Assembly (NCBI GenBank): GCA_022822865.1
Contig: JAJDYJ010000029.1
Location: 26,440 to 90,439, forward strand
DNA from: Pseudomonadales bacterium
GTDB taxonomy: Bacteria > Pseudomonadota > Gammaproteobacteria > Pseudomonadales > Pseudohongiellaceae
Direction of reading: 5' to 3'
DNA length: 64,000 bases
The translations under genes and the position numbers were made by a program. Below are positions 1 through 10,864 of the stretch, piece after piece. A model generated the notes under the pieces. It was not told the DNA's origin and ran no database searches. It saw only the letters and a list, made by a program, of their open reading frames with translations. Positions within the stretch are counted from its first letter, which is position 1; each line of letters begins with the position of its first letter.

Positions 1-271
1 CGCAGCCCGCATCGGCAGCTTTGGGAGCGTATTCGGCCGAAATCGAGCCTCCGGCGGAAAAAAGGCCGATCTCGACCTTGCTGAAATCGAAATCCGCAAG
101 GTTTTCCACCGTTATCGGTTTCTTGCCGAACATCACGCTGGAGCCCGCCGAACGCTCGCTGGCTAGGGCGTAGACGTTCTCCACCGGAAACTTGCGTTCG
201 GCGAGGATGCCCAGCAGGCTTTCGCCGACGGCGCCGGTGGCGCCGACCACGGCAACGTTGCACTTTTTCAT
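1..271 (-). CDS. asd: aspartate-semialdehyde dehydrogenase, N-terminal part (gene runs off the left edge)
   Basis: Reverse translation from the ATG at 269-271 gives MKKCNVAVVGATGAVGESLLGILAERKFPVENVYALASERSAGSSVMFGK. The GxxGxxG Rossmann start is typical of Asd. It is absent from the ORF track because it is truncated. Confidence 0.8.
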   Translation of the reverse strand, partial: MKKCNVAVVGATGAVGESLLGILAERKFPVENVYALASERSAGSSVMFGKKPITVENLADFDFSKVEIGLFSAGGSISAEYAPKAADAGC

Positions 272-285
272 CGCTCGCTTCCGCT

Positions 286-936
286 CTATTGACCACGGGG
301 GAGAAAATACCAGGGCGACCGCTCTTGCCAGCCCTGCTCGAATGCGCGGATGGCCGCCTCGTCTTCCAGTGTTATGCCGATATCGTCAAGCCCGTTCAAC
401 AGGCAATGCTTGCCGAATTCATCGACCTCGAATCCCGTTTCACTGCCGTCTGGCCTGACAACGACCTGGCCGGGCAGATCGATCCGCAGCCGATAACCTG
501 GCGCAGCCTCGGTCTCTTCAAAAAGTTTGCCTACAATATTTCTATCTAAAACAATAGGTAATATTCCATTTTTGAAACAATTATTAAAGAAAATGTCGGC
601 AAAGCTCGGCGCGATTACCGCGCGGAAACCATAGTCGTCGAGCGCCCACGGAGCGTGTTCCCGGCTCGAACCGCAACCGAAGTTATCTCGCGCGAGCAGG
701 ATCGAGGCGCCCTGGTAACGCGGCTGGTTCAGCACGAAATCCGGATTCACCCGCCGCTTGCTGTTGTCCCCGTCCGGCTCTCCGGCATCGAGATACCGAT
801 GCTCGTCGAACAGGTTGGCGCCGAACCCGCTGCGGCGAATCGACTTCAGAAACTGTTTCGGGATGATGTAATCCGTATCCACATTGGCCCGATCCAGGGG
901 CATTACCAATCCTTCTTCGACAATGAATGCTTTCAT
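286..936 (-). CDS. leuD: 3-isopropylmalate dehydratase small subunit
   Basis: This is the C-terminal 216 aa of track ORF 286..1872, starting at [31 protein letters not shown]. It carries the LeuD motifs [13 protein letters not shown] and [15 protein letters not shown]. The ATG at 934-936 overlaps the leuC stop. Confidence 0.93.
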   Translation of the reverse strand: MKAFIVEEGLVMPLDRANVDTDYIIPKQFLKSIRRSGFGANLFDEHRYLDAGEPDGDNSKRRVNPDFVLNQPRYQGASILLARDNFGCGSSREHAPWALDDYGFRAVIAPSFADIFFNNCFKNGILPIVLDRNIVGKLFEETEAAPGYRLRIDLPGQVVVRPDGSETGFEVDEFGKHCLLNGLDDIGITLEDEAAIRAFEQGWQERSPWYFLPRGQ

Positions 937-2357
937 GGCTGAAAATCCCGCACATCGACGAAACGGCCGTGGACCGCCGCGGCGGCCGCCATCGCCGGGC
1001 TGACCAGGTGGGTGCGGCCGCCCCGGCCCTGACGGCCCTCGAAATTTCGGTTCGAAGTCGAAGCGCAATGCTTGCCGGCGGGCAATTGGTCGGCGTTCAT
1101 CGCCAGGCACATCGAACAGCCGGGTTCGCGCCATTCCATGCCCGCGGCGGTGAAAATCCGGTCCAGACCTTCGGCTTCGGCCTGTTCCTTGACCAGCCCC
1201 GAGCCCGGAACGACCAGCGCGCATTCGATATTGTCGGCGATGCGCCTGCCTTCGACGACCCTGGCCGCTTCGCGCAAATCCTCGATCCGGGAATTGGTGC
1301 AGGAGCCGATGAAGACATAATCGAGCCGGATATCGCCAATGGCGGTGCCGGGCTTGAGCCCCATGTACGCCAGCGCCTGTTCCATATTGCCGCGTCTGGC
1401 GGCATCGGCTTCCGCGGCCGGCAAGGGGATTGCGGAGTTTACCGGGGCCACCATTTCCGGCGATGTGCCCCAGGTCACCTGGGGTTCGATTTCCTCGCCG
1501 CGCAATTCCACGATCTTGTCGAAATGCGCGTCCTCGTCGCTGGTCAACCCGCGCCAGACGGCGGCGGCGCGCTCCCACATCTCGCCCGTCGGCGCGAAAG
1601 GCCGGCCCTTGACGTAGGCCAGGGTTTTCTCGTCCACCGCGATCAGGCCCGCCCGGGCGCCGGCTTCGATCGTCATGTTGCAGACGGTCATGCGGCCCTC
1701 GATGCTCAGATCGCGAATGACATCGCCGGCGTATTCGATTGTGTATCCCGTGCCGCCCGCCGTTCCGATCCGGCCGATAACGGCGAGCACCACGTCTTTC
1801 GCGGTTACGCCGAGGCCCAGTTTGCCGTCGACGCGCACGAGCATGTTCTTCATCTTCTTCTGCAGCAGGCATTGCGTGGCGAGTACATGCTCGACCTCCG
1901 AAGTACCGATGCCATGGGCCAGGGCGCCAAGGGCGCCATGGGTCGAAGTGTGCGAGTCGCCGCAGACGATGGTCATGCCGGGCATCGTCGCCCCCTGCTC
2001 GGGTCCGACCACGTGAACGATGCCCTGGCGGCGGTCGTTCATGCCGAGTTCGGTGATGCCGAATTCGCTGCAGTTCTCATCGAGCGTGGCTACCTGCAAC
2101 TTGGAAACCGGATCCTTGATGCCGGACAAGCCCTGCTTCCGTTCTTCGACGGTCGTCGGGATATTGTGGTCCGGCGTCGCCAGATTGGCGCCGGTGCGCC
2201 ATGGCTTTCTGCCGGCCAGGCGCAATCCCTCGAACGCCTGGGGCGAGGTCACTTCATGGATGAGATGCAGGTCGATATAGATCAGCGCGGTGCCGTCGGC
2301 GCGCTGCCTGACCAGATGCGCATCCCAGATCTTGTCGTACAAGGTCTTGCCGCTCAT
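933..2357 (-). CDS. leuC: 3-isopropylmalate dehydratase large subunit
   Basis: Track ORF 933..2366 reads [16 protein letters not shown]...[10 protein letters not shown]...[11 protein letters not shown]...[11 protein letters not shown]...CSMCLAMN, an aconitase-family LeuC. I prefer the ATG at 2355-2357 over the GTG at 2366. Confidence 0.93.
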   Translation of the reverse strand: MSGKTLYDKIWDAHLVRQRADGTALIYIDLHLIHEVTSPQAFEGLRLAGRKPWRTGANLATPDHNIPTTVEERKQGLSGIKDPVSKLQVATLDENCSEFGITELGMNDRRQGIVHVVGPEQGATMPGMTIVCGDSHTSTHGALGALAHGIGTSEVEHVLATQCLLQKKMKNMLVRVDGKLGLGVTAKDVVLAVIGRIGTAGGTGYTIEYAGDVIRDLSIEGRMTVCNMTIEAGARAGLIAVDEKTLAYVKGRPFAPTGEMWERAAAVWRGLTSDEDAHFDKIVELRGEEIEPQVTWGTSPEMVAPVNSAIPLPAAEADAARRGNMEQALAYMGLKPGTAIGDIRLDYVFIGSCTNSRIEDLREAARVVEGRRIADNIECALVVPGSGLVKEQAEAEGLDRIFTAAGMEWREPGCSMCLAMNADQLPAGKHCASTSNRNFEGRQGRGGRTHLVSPAMAAAAAVHGRFVDVRDFQP

Positions 2358-2406
2358 AGGTTTCACATTCAGCTTCAGCTATCCAAAAAGACTCGATTCG
2401 CGGCCT

Positions 2407-3477
2407 TCAGCGCCGCCTGTCACCGCATTGCGCCCGGTCGCGCAACAGGTGGTCCATCAATACGATCGCCATCATTGCCTCGGCGATGGGTGTTGCGCGA
2501 ATCCCCACGCAAGGATCGTGACGCCCGGTGGTCACCACTTCCGCCGGCTCTCCGGCCACGGTAATCGTCCTGCCGGGAATCCGGATGCTCGAAGTCGGCT
2601 TCAGGGCAATCTGCGCAAGGATATCCTGGCCGCTGGAGATTCCCCCGAGGATGCCGCCGGCATTATTGCCGAGAAACCCGTCCGGAGTGATCTCGTCGCG
2701 ATGCTCGCTGCCCTTCTGGGTAACCGACGCAAAGCCGGCGCCGATTTCCACGCCCTTGACCGCGTTGATGCTCATCAACGCCTTGGCGAGATCGGCGTCG
2801 AGCCGGTCGAACACCGGCTCCCCGAGACCGGCGGGTACGCCGCTGGCGCTCACGCAGATGCGGGCGCCGATGGAATCGCCTTCCTCGCGCAACGCGACAA
2901 TGTACTCTTCCATCGCCGCCACCTTGTCCGCATCCGGGCAGAAGAACGGGTTGTTCTCGATCTCGTCGTAATCGATCTTCTCGATCTCGATCGGCCCGAG
3001 TTGGCTCAGATAGCCGCGAATGCCGACACCGCAGTGTTCGGCCAGGTATTTCTTCGCGATCGCTCCCGCCGCGACGCGCATGGCGGTTTCACGCGCGGAA
3101 GCGCGGCCGCCGCCTCGATAGTCCCTGAATCCATACTTCCTGTCATAGGTATAATCCGCATGAGCAGGTCGATATAAATCCTTGATCTTGCTGTAATCTC
3201 TCGACCGCTGATCGATGTTTTCGATGATCAGTCCGATTGGTGTGCCCGTGGTTCTGCCTTCGAACACGCCGGACAGAATCTTCACCTTGTCGTCTTCCCT
3301 GCGCTGGGTGGTGTAACGCGACTGGCCGGGTTTGCGCCGGTCCAGATCCCGCTGCATGTCGGCCTCGCTCAATTCCATTCCCGGCGGACAGCCGTCCACG
3401 ATACAGCCCAGCGCCGGCCCGTGACTTTCGCCGAAACTGGTTACGGTGAACAATTTGCCTATGCTGTTCCCGGACAT
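2407..3477 (-). CDS. aroC: chorismate synthase
   Basis: 356 aa: [33 protein letters not shown]...GRHDPCVG. Classic AroC motifs. prmB lies just upstream, as in E. coli. Confidence 0.95.
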   Translation of the reverse strand: MSGNSIGKLFTVTSFGESHGPALGCIVDGCPPGMELSEADMQRDLDRRKPGQSRYTTQRREDDKVKILSGVFEGRTTGTPIGLIIENIDQRSRDYSKIKDLYRPAHADYTYDRKYGFRDYRGGGRASARETAMRVAAGAIAKKYLAEHCGVGIRGYLSQLGPIEIEKIDYDEIENNPFFCPDADKVAAMEEYIVALREEGDSIGARICVSASGVPAGLGEPVFDRLDADLAKALMSINAVKGVEIGAGFASVTQKGSEHRDEITPDGFLGNNAGGILGGISSGQDILAQIALKPTSSIRIPGRTITVAGEPAEVVTTGRHDPCVGIRATPIAEAMMAIVLMDHLLRDRAQCGDRRR

Positions 3478-3559
3478 TTCATGCTCGCCGGCGAGGCCGC
3501 TGGAAAAGCAGCGGATTGTACCACTAACCTATTAGTCTTAGTTGTCGGTTTCATGGACT

Positions 3560-3815
3560 GGGGCTTCGATCCGTCGCCGCCGGGTGGCGGGTAGTGCAGC
3601 GGACGCCGTGAATACAACTCTCAATTATTGACTTCGGGTAGGTATGTTCATGCCGTCCCTGGCGCAAGGTTGGTGGCTTCGATAACCCCCAGCCTTGCCA
3701 TCCTTGGCAAGTCGTTCGGCCCTCAAGAAGCGTTGCTTCTTGTCGGCTGCGCCGACCGGGCCTCACCCCTGCCTCACACGCCCGCTGCACTCCCCGCCAC
3801 CCGACGGCGACTCAC
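3560..3815. repeat. composite structured intergenic repeat, copy A (28-nt inverted arms enclosing a roughly 170-bp module)
   Basis: Arms at 3573-3600 and 3784-3811 are complementary at 26 of 28 positions by hand alignment. The flanks resemble copy B (48405-48535). The interior 3644-3770 aligns with copy C (57507-57640). Internal hairpins lie at 3694-3711 and near 3727-3743. Confidence 0.75.
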
Positions 3816-3836
3816 ATCGTGCGCAAAGAAGCGGAG

Positions 3837-4715
3837 CTAGGGAATCTCTCGTAGTTGTTCGGCGGTCAGCGCACACACGCCGGCGCCTCCGTGTTCGAAT
3901 TCGAGCCAGAGGAAAGCCGTTTCCGGGAAGCGGTTTTCCAGCTCTCCGGCGCTGTATCCTGTTTCCAGGATCAGCCAACCGCCGGGGTTCAGGCGTTTTG
4001 CCGCCTGCCTGAGCAAGCGCTCGGCGATGTCGACGCCGTCCACGCCACCGTCTAGTCCGAGAGCAGGCTCATGGCCGTATTCGTCGGGCAGTTGTGCTAT
4101 TTCTTCAGGGGAAACATAGGGCGGATTGGCCAGGATCAGGTCGTAGCGGCCGTTCAATCCTTCGAACAGATCCGCTTGCCGGGCCGACACGCGCTCTTCC
4201 AGGCCATGCAGGCGAATGTTTTCCCGCGCCAGCTCGAGCGCTTCCCCGGAAATGTCGGCCAGATCGACCCGGCAGGCGGGAAAACGCAATGCGCAGGCGA
4301 TGCCGATACAGCCGCCGCCGCAACATAAATCAAGTACGGCGCCGGGTTCGCTGGCCAGCCCGGGTTTAAAAAGGGGTTCGAAACCGTTGCCGATCAATTC
4401 CGCGATCGGTGACCGCGGAATGAGAGCGCGGGAGTCGCAGATGAATTCATGCCCGGCGAACCAGGCCTTGCCAAGCAGATAGGCGGTGGGAATGCGTTGT
4501 TCGATGCGCGCCCGGACGAGCTGCTCCAGCCTCTCGATTTCATCGCAACCAAGTTCCCGGTCTTGTTGCCTTATCGACCGGTGGAAATCGAGGTCCAGTG
4601 CGCCGAACACGAGGAACACGGCCTCGTCATGGACGTTATCGACGCCATGACCGCAATGAATGCCGGCGGCCGCCAGACGGCCGGCAAGCTGCTCGATATA
4701 AGTCTGAAGGCGCAT
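3837..4715 (-). CDS. prmB: ribosomal protein L3 glutamine N5-methyltransferase (HemK/PrmB family)
   Basis: Track ORF 3837..4793, with the start taken at [11 protein letters not shown] (ATG 4713-4715). It has the SAM motif [12 protein letters not shown] and the NPPY motif (LILANPPYV). Adjacent to aroC. Confidence 0.85.
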   Translation of the reverse strand: MRLQTYIEQLAGRLAAAGIHCGHGVDNVHDEAVFLVFGALDLDFHRSIRQQDRELGCDEIERLEQLVRARIEQRIPTAYLLGKAWFAGHEFICDSRALIPRSPIAELIGNGFEPLFKPGLASEPGAVLDLCCGGGCIGIACALRFPACRVDLADISGEALELARENIRLHGLEERVSARQADLFEGLNGRYDLILANPPYVSPEEIAQLPDEYGHEPALGLDGGVDGVDIAERLLRQAAKRLNPGGWLILETGYSAGELENRFPETAFLWLEFEHGGAGVCALTAEQLREIP

Positions 4716-4791
4716 GCGGCATGATGATATGATTGCGCGCTGGCTCACGGCCAGCAAAACGTATATGACAGCGGATCGAAGTGTTGGCGAC

Positions 4792-5340
4792 ATGCAGGAA
4801 CTCGAACAGGCTTACGCCACGATTCTGAATGCGATCGGCGAAGACCCCAACCGCGAAGGATTGCAAAAAACTCCCGGGCGCGCCGCGGAGGCGCTCAGAT
4901 TTCTGACGCGCGGCTATGCCCAGAACGTTGCCGAAGTAGTTAACGACGCCCTATACGAATCCACATCCGACGAAATGGTCATCGTCAGGAATATCGAGAT
5001 GTACAGCATGTGCGAGCATCATCTGCTGCCTTTCATCGGCAAGTGCCACGTGGCCTACGTGCCCGACGGCAAGGTGCTCGGCCTGTCGAAGATCGCCCGC
5101 ATCGTCGATGTTTTCGCCCGCCGCCTGCAGATCCAGGAAAATCTCACCCAGCAGATCGCCAATTGCATCCAGGAAATCACCGGCGCCAAGGGCGTGGGCG
5201 TGATCGTCGAAGCGCAACACATGTGCATGATGATGCGCGGAGTGGAAAAACAGAATTCGGTGATGACTACGTCCTGCATGCTCGGCGCTTTTCGCGCGCG
5301 GGCAACGACGCGGACCGAATTTCTGTCATTGCTCGGCTGA
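4792..5340 (+). CDS. folE: GTP cyclohydrolase I
   Basis: Track ORF 4714..5340. It contains [11 protein letters not shown]...[19 protein letters not shown]...QERLTQQI-like...[11 protein letters not shown], as in FolE. The start at MQELEQ (4792) matches short FolE proteins. Alternative ATGs lie at 4765 and 4714. Confidence 0.9.
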   Translation: MQELEQAYATILNAIGEDPNREGLQKTPGRAAEALRFLTRGYAQNVAEVVNDALYESTSDEMVIVRNIEMYSMCEHHLLPFIGKCHVAYVPDGKVLGLSKIARIVDVFARRLQIQENLTQQIANCIQEITGAKGVGVIVEAQHMCMMMRGVEKQNSVMTTSCMLGAFRARATTRTEFLSLLG

Positions 5341-6243
5341 TTGCAGCACCAGTTCGACGCGCTCGGCGCAATCCGCCGCGGCGCACAAGGGCGCCAGCGG
5401 CCCCAGGCCGCGGGCCGTGAGCCGTTCGGCTTCGATGCCCCGCTCCAGCAACGATTGCCGCACCGCCCGGGCGCGGGCCTCGCTACGGGCAAGCAACTGT
5501 TCGAAATCGCCCTCCCCTCGCAGGTGGGCGACAATGAACAGACGCATCTCCGGGTCCAGCCGCAGCAATTCCGCGACGGCGTCCAGGTCCGCGTCCGCCG
5601 CCAGCCGATCGTCGGCGCCGAATTCCAGCCCCGGCACGACGACGCCGCCGGTTTCGCGCATTTGCTCGAGCATGAAGGCCGGACCGGCTTCCACCGGGTT
5701 CACGGCGTTGCCTTCGAGTTCGATGATTTCCAGATAGGCCAGCAACTGGCGGTTGATGCGGGTAATCACGTAAGCCGAGACAAAGAACTGTCCGGGAGGC
5801 TCCGATCCCATGGCCAGATAGAACTGGTTCCGCACCGGCCCGTACAGGATGCGATTGCCGAAAATGTCGTTGGCCCAATATTCGCTGCTGCCGCAGGCGC
5901 GACCCGTGCAGGTGAACAATTCGCGATATCCGCGCAAGTCCATCTGCTCGACCAGGAAATCGTATATGTCCTGGCCGGTATAGCCGCCGGAGACCTGGTA
6001 GAGAATTCGGGTCAGATTTCCGCGAACCCTTTCCGAGGCTTCGGGCGCCACCTGGCCGCGAGTGCTTTGCAGGCTGCCGAGCACTACGCGGTAATTTACA
6101 TTTTCGAGCGTCTCGAATTCGCTGATTTCGGCGTCTGGAAACCCGCTGAACAGCACATGATCGGCGGGGCCGACCTGCTGCGCACCGGCGTTACCCGCCA
6201 GCAGCAACAGCGAGATTGCTTGAACAAGGTATCGGGCCTGCAT
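5326..6243 (-). CDS. secreted OmpA-family C-terminal domain protein (N-terminal domain resembles DUF4892, from memory)
   Basis: 305 aa with the signal peptide [23 protein letters not shown]. The C-terminus reads [36 protein letters not shown], an OmpA-like peptidoglycan-binding motif. Confidence 0.75.
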   Translation of the reverse strand: MQARYLVQAISLLLLAGNAGAQQVGPADHVLFSGFPDAEISEFETLENVNYRVVLGSLQSTRGQVAPEASERVRGNLTRILYQVSGGYTGQDIYDFLVEQMDLRGYRELFTCTGRACGSSEYWANDIFGNRILYGPVRNQFYLAMGSEPPGQFFVSAYVITRINRQLLAYLEIIELEGNAVNPVEAGPAFMLEQMRETGGVVVPGLEFGADDRLAADADLDAVAELLRLDPEMRLFIVAHLRGEGDFEQLLARSEARARAVRQSLLERGIEAERLTARGLGPLAPLCAAADCAERVELVLQSAEQ

Positions 6244-6267
6244 TGAGACTACCCCATAACTTGCATT

Positions 6268-6717
6268 TCAGCTTTCGGAATCTTCCGCGGCGGCCTTTTT
6301 CGTCGAGGATTTCCTGCGAGTAGCTCTCTTCTTCGCCGGCTCTTTTGGCGCAGTATCTTCGACAGGCTCTTCAGCGGCGGATTCCGGTTCCGGTTCGGCT
6401 GCGGATTCATCGGCCGTTACCGCATCCTCCTGCTCCGCGACGCGGGGAAACTCCGAGAAAGGAAATGGTCTTTGTTCCCTGTTCCAGCTCGCGAACAGCA
6501 GAATCTCTCGGATGTATTCGGCCAGGGCCGCCGCCAGACCGCGCAGATTGCGGTTTTCCTCGCCGGTAATAATCGTGAACAGGGCCTGGACGACTCCGAG
6601 CACGATCGCCAGCGGCCCGACAATCAGCGCAAATATGAGCAGGAACAGGATGACAAATACGACCCGGCCCCAGATTCCCGGGTCTTTCCACGGACTTGCG
6701 TTCGAATTTTCCGACAT
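6268..6717 (-). CDS. small integral membrane protein with an acidic and Lys-rich tail (DUF4389-like, from memory)
   Basis: 149 aa. Two hydrophobic helices (VVFVILFLLIFALIVGPLAIVLGVVQALF) are followed by a low-complexity E/A/K tail. No recognisable catalytic motif. Confidence 0.65.
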   Translation of the reverse strand: MSENSNASPWKDPGIWGRVVFVILFLLIFALIVGPLAIVLGVVQALFTIITGEENRNLRGLAAALAEYIREILLFASWNREQRPFPFSEFPRVAEQEDAVTADESAAEPEPESAAEEPVEDTAPKEPAKKRATRRKSSTKKAAAEDSES

Positions 6718-6762
6718 ATCCTCGCCTCAAACCGAAAATCCCGTTCCAATCACCAGAACGGC

Positions 6763-7812
6763 TCAATCCGTATTGTTGCACCGCAGGGTCTTGTCCTCAA
6801 TGGCGGCGAACTCCACGTCGAGCGCCTGTTCGCTGAGCATCAGCGAGGACAGAATGCTCTTGATGGATTCCCGCTCGACGACGATTCGGTACAGGCCGTT
6901 CGCCAGCGGCATGTAAACGCCGAGTTCATCGGCCTTCCGGGCTACCAGTTTAACCGTGTTGACGCCTTCCGCAACCTGCCCCACTTCCTCCGCGGCCGTT
7001 TCGATGCTCTTGCCCTGACCGAGCGCGAACCCGATTCGGTAATTGCGGCTCAAGGGCGTGGAACTGGTCACAACCAGATCGCCGACCCCGGACAGGCCGA
7101 GAAAGGTCATCGGATCGGCGCCGAGTTCGCGGCCGAATCGGGCCATTTCCGTCAATGCCCGGGTTACCAGCATGCTGTTGGTGTTGTGGCCCATGCCCAG
7201 GGCGGCGGCGATGCCGGCGATAATGGCGTAGATGTTTTTCAGCGAGCCGCCGAGTTCCACGCCGAGCATGTCGTCGTTGGTATAGACCCGGAAGGATTCC
7301 GAACGCAGCAAGATGCGCACGTTCTCGCGCACGTCCTCGTCGTCGCTGGCGATGACGGTTCCCGTCAGGTGTCCCGCGGCGATTTCCCGGGCCAGGTTGG
7401 GACCGCTGAGCACACCGACTCGCGCCTCGGGCGCTTCCTGCCGCAGAATCTGGCTCATGAGCATGAAACTTCCCGCCTCGATGCCCTTGGTGCCGCTGAC
7501 CAGCATGGCGTCCGGCGAGACGTGGGGGGCCATTTCGCGCACGACGGCGCGGAAGTTCGAACTCGGCACCGCCACGAAGATGAGTTCGGCGGCGGCTACC
7601 GCCGCCGGCATGTCGTCCGAAGCCAATACGCGGGAACTGATTTCGTAACCCGGCAGATATTGCGGATTCTCGCGCCGGTTGTTCACGTCCCGGGCGAGTT
7701 CGTCGCTGCGCATCCAGAAACTGACGTCACAGCCGTTTCTGGCGGTTATGTTGGCGATGACCGTGCCGAAGCTGCCGCCCCCGACCACCGCGACCTTCTT
7801 GATCTGCTTCAC
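6763..7812 (-). CDS. gpsA: NAD(P)H-dependent glycerol-3-phosphate dehydrogenase
   Basis: 349 aa: VAVVGGGSFGTVIA...GPNLAREIA...LKNIYAIIAGI...SRNYRIGFALGQG. Typical GpsA. Confidence 0.93.
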   Translation of the reverse strand: MKQIKKVAVVGGGSFGTVIANITARNGCDVSFWMRSDELARDVNNRRENPQYLPGYEISSRVLASDDMPAAVAAAELIFVAVPSSNFRAVVREMAPHVSPDAMLVSGTKGIEAGSFMLMSQILRQEAPEARVGVLSGPNLAREIAAGHLTGTVIASDDEDVRENVRILLRSESFRVYTNDDMLGVELGGSLKNIYAIIAGIAAALGMGHNTNSMLVTRALTEMARFGRELGADPMTFLGLSGVGDLVVTSSTPLSRNYRIGFALGQGKSIETAAEEVGQVAEGVNTVKLVARKADELGVYMPLANGLYRIVVERESIKSILSSLMLSEQALDVEFAAIEDKTLRCNNTD

Positions 7813-7892
7813 GAAATTCGCTCCGCCGTGGAATGATGATAGCCGCTATGCAGCCACGCTGAAAATGGGAAAATCGAGCCAGGACGGGAATA

Positions 7893-9365
7893 TCAGAGTG
7901 CGATGCCCTGCATCAGGCTCATCAGCGAAGCCGGATACACGCCGAACAGGACGATCAGCGCGAACAGGACTAGCACTACCGAAAAAGCGGCGCTTCCCTG
8001 GCGCAACTCCGGCGCGTCAGCCGGTTCCGGCAACAGCATTCGATAGACGATACGCAAGTAGTAGTACAGCCCTATGCCGCTACCGACGATCAGGGCGGCG
8101 AGCAGCAGCCACAAGCCCGATTCCACCCCGGCCAGCACCAGGTAGAACTTGCCGATGAAGCCCGCGGTCAACGGAATCCCCGCCAGCGAGAGCAACATGG
8201 CGGTAAACGCGGCCGCCAGCCAGGGGCGCCGCCAGAACAGGCCCTGGTAGTCGGCGATGCTGTCTCGTTCCAGCGCGTCAGAGGACAGCAGCGAGACGAT
8301 GCTGAAAGCGCCGAGGGTCATGACAACGTAGGCGAACAGATAGAAACTGACCGCTTCGACGCTGATCGGGCCTTCGGCGTAAAAGGCGGCGATGATCGCG
8401 ATCAGCAGGTAGCCCATGTGGGCGATCGACGAATAGGCAAGTATCCGCTTTACATTGTCCTGCAACAATGCGAGCAGGTTGCCGGCGATGATGGAAAGCA
8501 GCGCAAGCAGGGAAAATACGATCACGACCGGCGCGATGCCGAGCGTCCTGGTCTCCACCACCACGCGCAACAGCACGATGAAAACGGCGATCTTGCCGAT
8601 CGTCGCCAGATAGGCGGTCGCAGGCGCCGGCGCGCCTTCATAGACATCCGGCGTCCAGATATGGAAAGGGAACAGGGACAGCTTGAAAGCCACGCCCGCG
8701 GAAATCAGCAGCAGTGCGACCACGGAGAAACCGATACCCGGCCCCGCCGGCAATCCTTCCAGCCCGGCGAAGCTGAGACTGCCGGTCTCGGCATAGATCA
8801 GGGCCACGCCGAACAGGATCATGGCGGTGGAAACCGCGGACAGGATCAGGTACTTGACCGCCGATTCGAGCGCGTGATTATTCGCCGCCCGCCTGCTTTG
8901 CACCGGATAGGCCAACATGCCGTAAAGTGACATGCTCAAGGTTTCCAGGCCCAGCAGCAGGCTGGCGAAATGGTTGGCGCCGGCAAGCACCACCGCCCCG
9001 AGAGTGGCCAACAACAGCAACAACAGGAATTCTTCCCGCTGGTCGTCGAATTCGGCCCAGTAATTGTGGCCGACGAGGCTCACGCCGATAGCCAGGGCGC
9101 AGATCAGCACGGTAAAGAACTGCGCGTAGGCGTCCATCGTCAGCAACGGCATCGGGTCCGGCGCGGAGCCGGACAGCAGGTCCATGGCGAGCAAGGCGGC
9201 AATGAGAAGGCCGGCGACCGTCGAGCCGAGGATAAACGGGTAGTTGCGCTTCACGCCGATCGCCATCATGACCCAGACCGATGACGCGGTAACGGCAAGT
9301 AGCGGCAGCAGGGGAATCAGATCCCCCGAAGTCATCGTGTAACCGGCGTATTCCAGGGGCGTCAT
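7893..9365 (-). CDS. nuoN: NADH-quinone oxidoreductase subunit N
   Basis: 490-aa polytopic antiporter-like protein and the last gene of the nuo cluster. Its ATG overlaps the nuoM stop (ATGA). An alternative start lies at MTSGDLIPLL (9335). Confidence 0.9.
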   Translation of the reverse strand: MTPLEYAGYTMTSGDLIPLLPLLAVTASSVWVMMAIGVKRNYPFILGSTVAGLLIAALLAMDLLSGSAPDPMPLLTMDAYAQFFTVLICALAIGVSLVGHNYWAEFDDQREEFLLLLLLATLGAVVLAGANHFASLLLGLETLSMSLYGMLAYPVQSRRAANNHALESAVKYLILSAVSTAMILFGVALIYAETGSLSFAGLEGLPAGPGIGFSVVALLLISAGVAFKLSLFPFHIWTPDVYEGAPAPATAYLATIGKIAVFIVLLRVVVETRTLGIAPVVIVFSLLALLSIIAGNLLALLQDNVKRILAYSSIAHMGYLLIAIIAAFYAEGPISVEAVSFYLFAYVVMTLGAFSIVSLLSSDALERDSIADYQGLFWRRPWLAAAFTAMLLSLAGIPLTAGFIGKFYLVLAGVESGLWLLLAALIVGSGIGLYYYLRIVYRMLLPEPADAPELRQGSAAFSVVLVLFALIVLFGVYPASLMSLMQGIAL

Positions 9366-10864
9366 GGCTGCGATGCTCCAAGCACGATGTTGCCGGCCTG
9401 CCCATCCAGCAGCGTCTGCAAGGCGGGCGCGGAAAGGTCGAGAAAGGACTGCGGATACACCCCCATCCAGACCAGGCCCGCCATCATGGCGGCGTAATAG
9501 GCCATTTCCCGATTGTCGAGGTCGAGCAGATGACTGCCGTCAAAGGCGCTGTCCGAATACTTGCCGTGAAAGACCTTCTGGATCACCCAGAGCGAATACA
9601 CCGAGGCGAAGATCAGGCCGAAGGCGGAAATGATCGTCAGAACCTGATTGGCCTGGAAAGCGCCCAGCAGGGCGAGGAACTCACCGATGAAATTGCCCAG
9701 CCCCGGCATGCCGAGCGCCGCGATGGAAAAGAACAACGCTACCGCCGACATGCGCGGCACGCGGCCCCAGAAGCCCCCCATTTCGAGCATGTTGCGGGTA
9801 TGGATGCGATGTTGCAGGGCGCCGGCGAGCATGAAGAGGGCGGCGGAACTGAGTCCATGGGCGAGCATGGTCATGACCGCGCCTTGCAGGGCCAGTTCGT
9901 TCCAGGCATATACGCCCAGGGTAACGAAGCCCATGTGGCTGACACTGGTATAGGCGATGAGACGCTTGAAGTCCGCCTGGGCGAAAGCGACCTTGGCGCA
10001 ATACAGGATGCTGACGGCTGCCAGGGTCATGGCGACGGGGGCAAACTCCGCGGCGGCCGTCGGGAACAGGGGCACGGCGAAGCGCACCAGGCCGTAGGCG
10101 CCGGTCTTGAGCAGAACGCCGGCGAGGATGATGCTGCCCGCGCTCGGCGCCTGGCTGTGAGCGTCGGGCAGCCAGTTATGGAACGGTACGCTGGGCAACT
10201 TGGTGGCGAAACCGATAAAGAATCCGAGCATGACCCACATTTCCATGCTCCGGTTCATGCCGACGTTGAGCAGATCCTGGTAGGCAAAACTGAAAAAGCC
10301 GAATTGCAGGTAGTGGAACCAGGCCAGCACGACTATCGAGACAAGCATGATCAGCCCGCTCACCTGGGTGAATATAAAGAACTTCTTCGCCGCGTAGAAC
10401 TTGTTCTCGTGCCCCCAGATCGCGATGATGAAATACATCGGGATCAGCATCACTTCCCAGAAGAAGAAGAACAGGAACAGGTCCAGGGCAGTGAAAATTC
10501 CGACCACGCCGGCGAGCGTCCAGAGCAGGTTGAAATAGAAGAATCCCGCGCGTTCCGTGATTTCCGACCAGGCCGAGCCGACCGCGACGATGCCGAGAAA
10601 AGCCGTCAGCAGGAGCAGCAGCAGGGAAAAGCCGTCGGCCGCGAACTGCAGGGAAATGCCGAAGCGCGGCAGCCAGGCGTGATTGTACGTCGCCAGCCAA
10701 CCGTCATTTCCAGGATCGGCGCCGAGCAGGCTGAGCATCAGCAGCAATTCGGCCGTCAGCACCGCGAGCGCGACCCAGCGCGGCCAGTCGGGATTGATGC
10801 GCTCGCTGAACCAGGCCAGCAGCCCGCCGACGAACAATAGCGCGACAAGCAAGGTGAGAATCAC
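9362..10864 (-). CDS. nuoM: NADH-quinone oxidoreductase subunit M
   Basis: 500 aa with the motif FHNWLPDAHSQAPSAGSIILAGVLLKTGAYG. The GTG start overlaps the nuoL stop. Confidence 0.93.
   Translation of the reverse strand: MILTLLVALLFVGGLLAWFSERINPDWPRWVALAVLTAELLLMLSLLGADPGNDGWLATYNHAWLPRFGISLQFAADGFSLLLLLLTAFLGIVAVGSAWSEITERAGFFYFNLLWTLAGVVGIFTALDLFLFFFFWEVMLIPMYFIIAIWGHENKFYAAKKFFIFTQVSGLIMLVSIVVLAWFHYLQFGFFSFAYQDLLNVGMNRSMEMWVMLGFFIGFATKLPSVPFHNWLPDAHSQAPSAGSIILAGVLLKTGAYGLVRFAVPLFPTAAAEFAPVAMTLAAVSILYCAKVAFAQADFKRLIAYTSVSHMGFVTLGVYAWNELALQGAVMTMLAHGLSSAALFMLAGALQHRIHTRNMLEMGGFWGRVPRMSAVALFFSIAALGMPGLGNFIGEFLALLGAFQANQVLTIISAFGLIFASVYSLWVIQKVFHGKYSDSAFDGSHLLDLDNREMAYYAAMMAGLVWMGVYPQSFLDLSAPALQTLLDGQAGNIVLGASQP

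Noticed and set aside
927-2564. 545-aa plus-strand ORF opposite leuC
   Set aside because: It is fully antisense to a well-supported leuC. The product is Arg/Ala/Gly/Pro-rich and low-complexity. This is a typical GC-driven shadow ORF.
3628-4012. Short ORFs inside repeat copies A and C that share peptide strings (MPSLA...[16 protein letters not shown]), including 57513..57743
   Set aside because: The similarity follows from the DNA repeat. The copies differ by indels that break the frame, there is no SD sequence, and one overlaps the prmB end region. I treat them as non-coding repeats.
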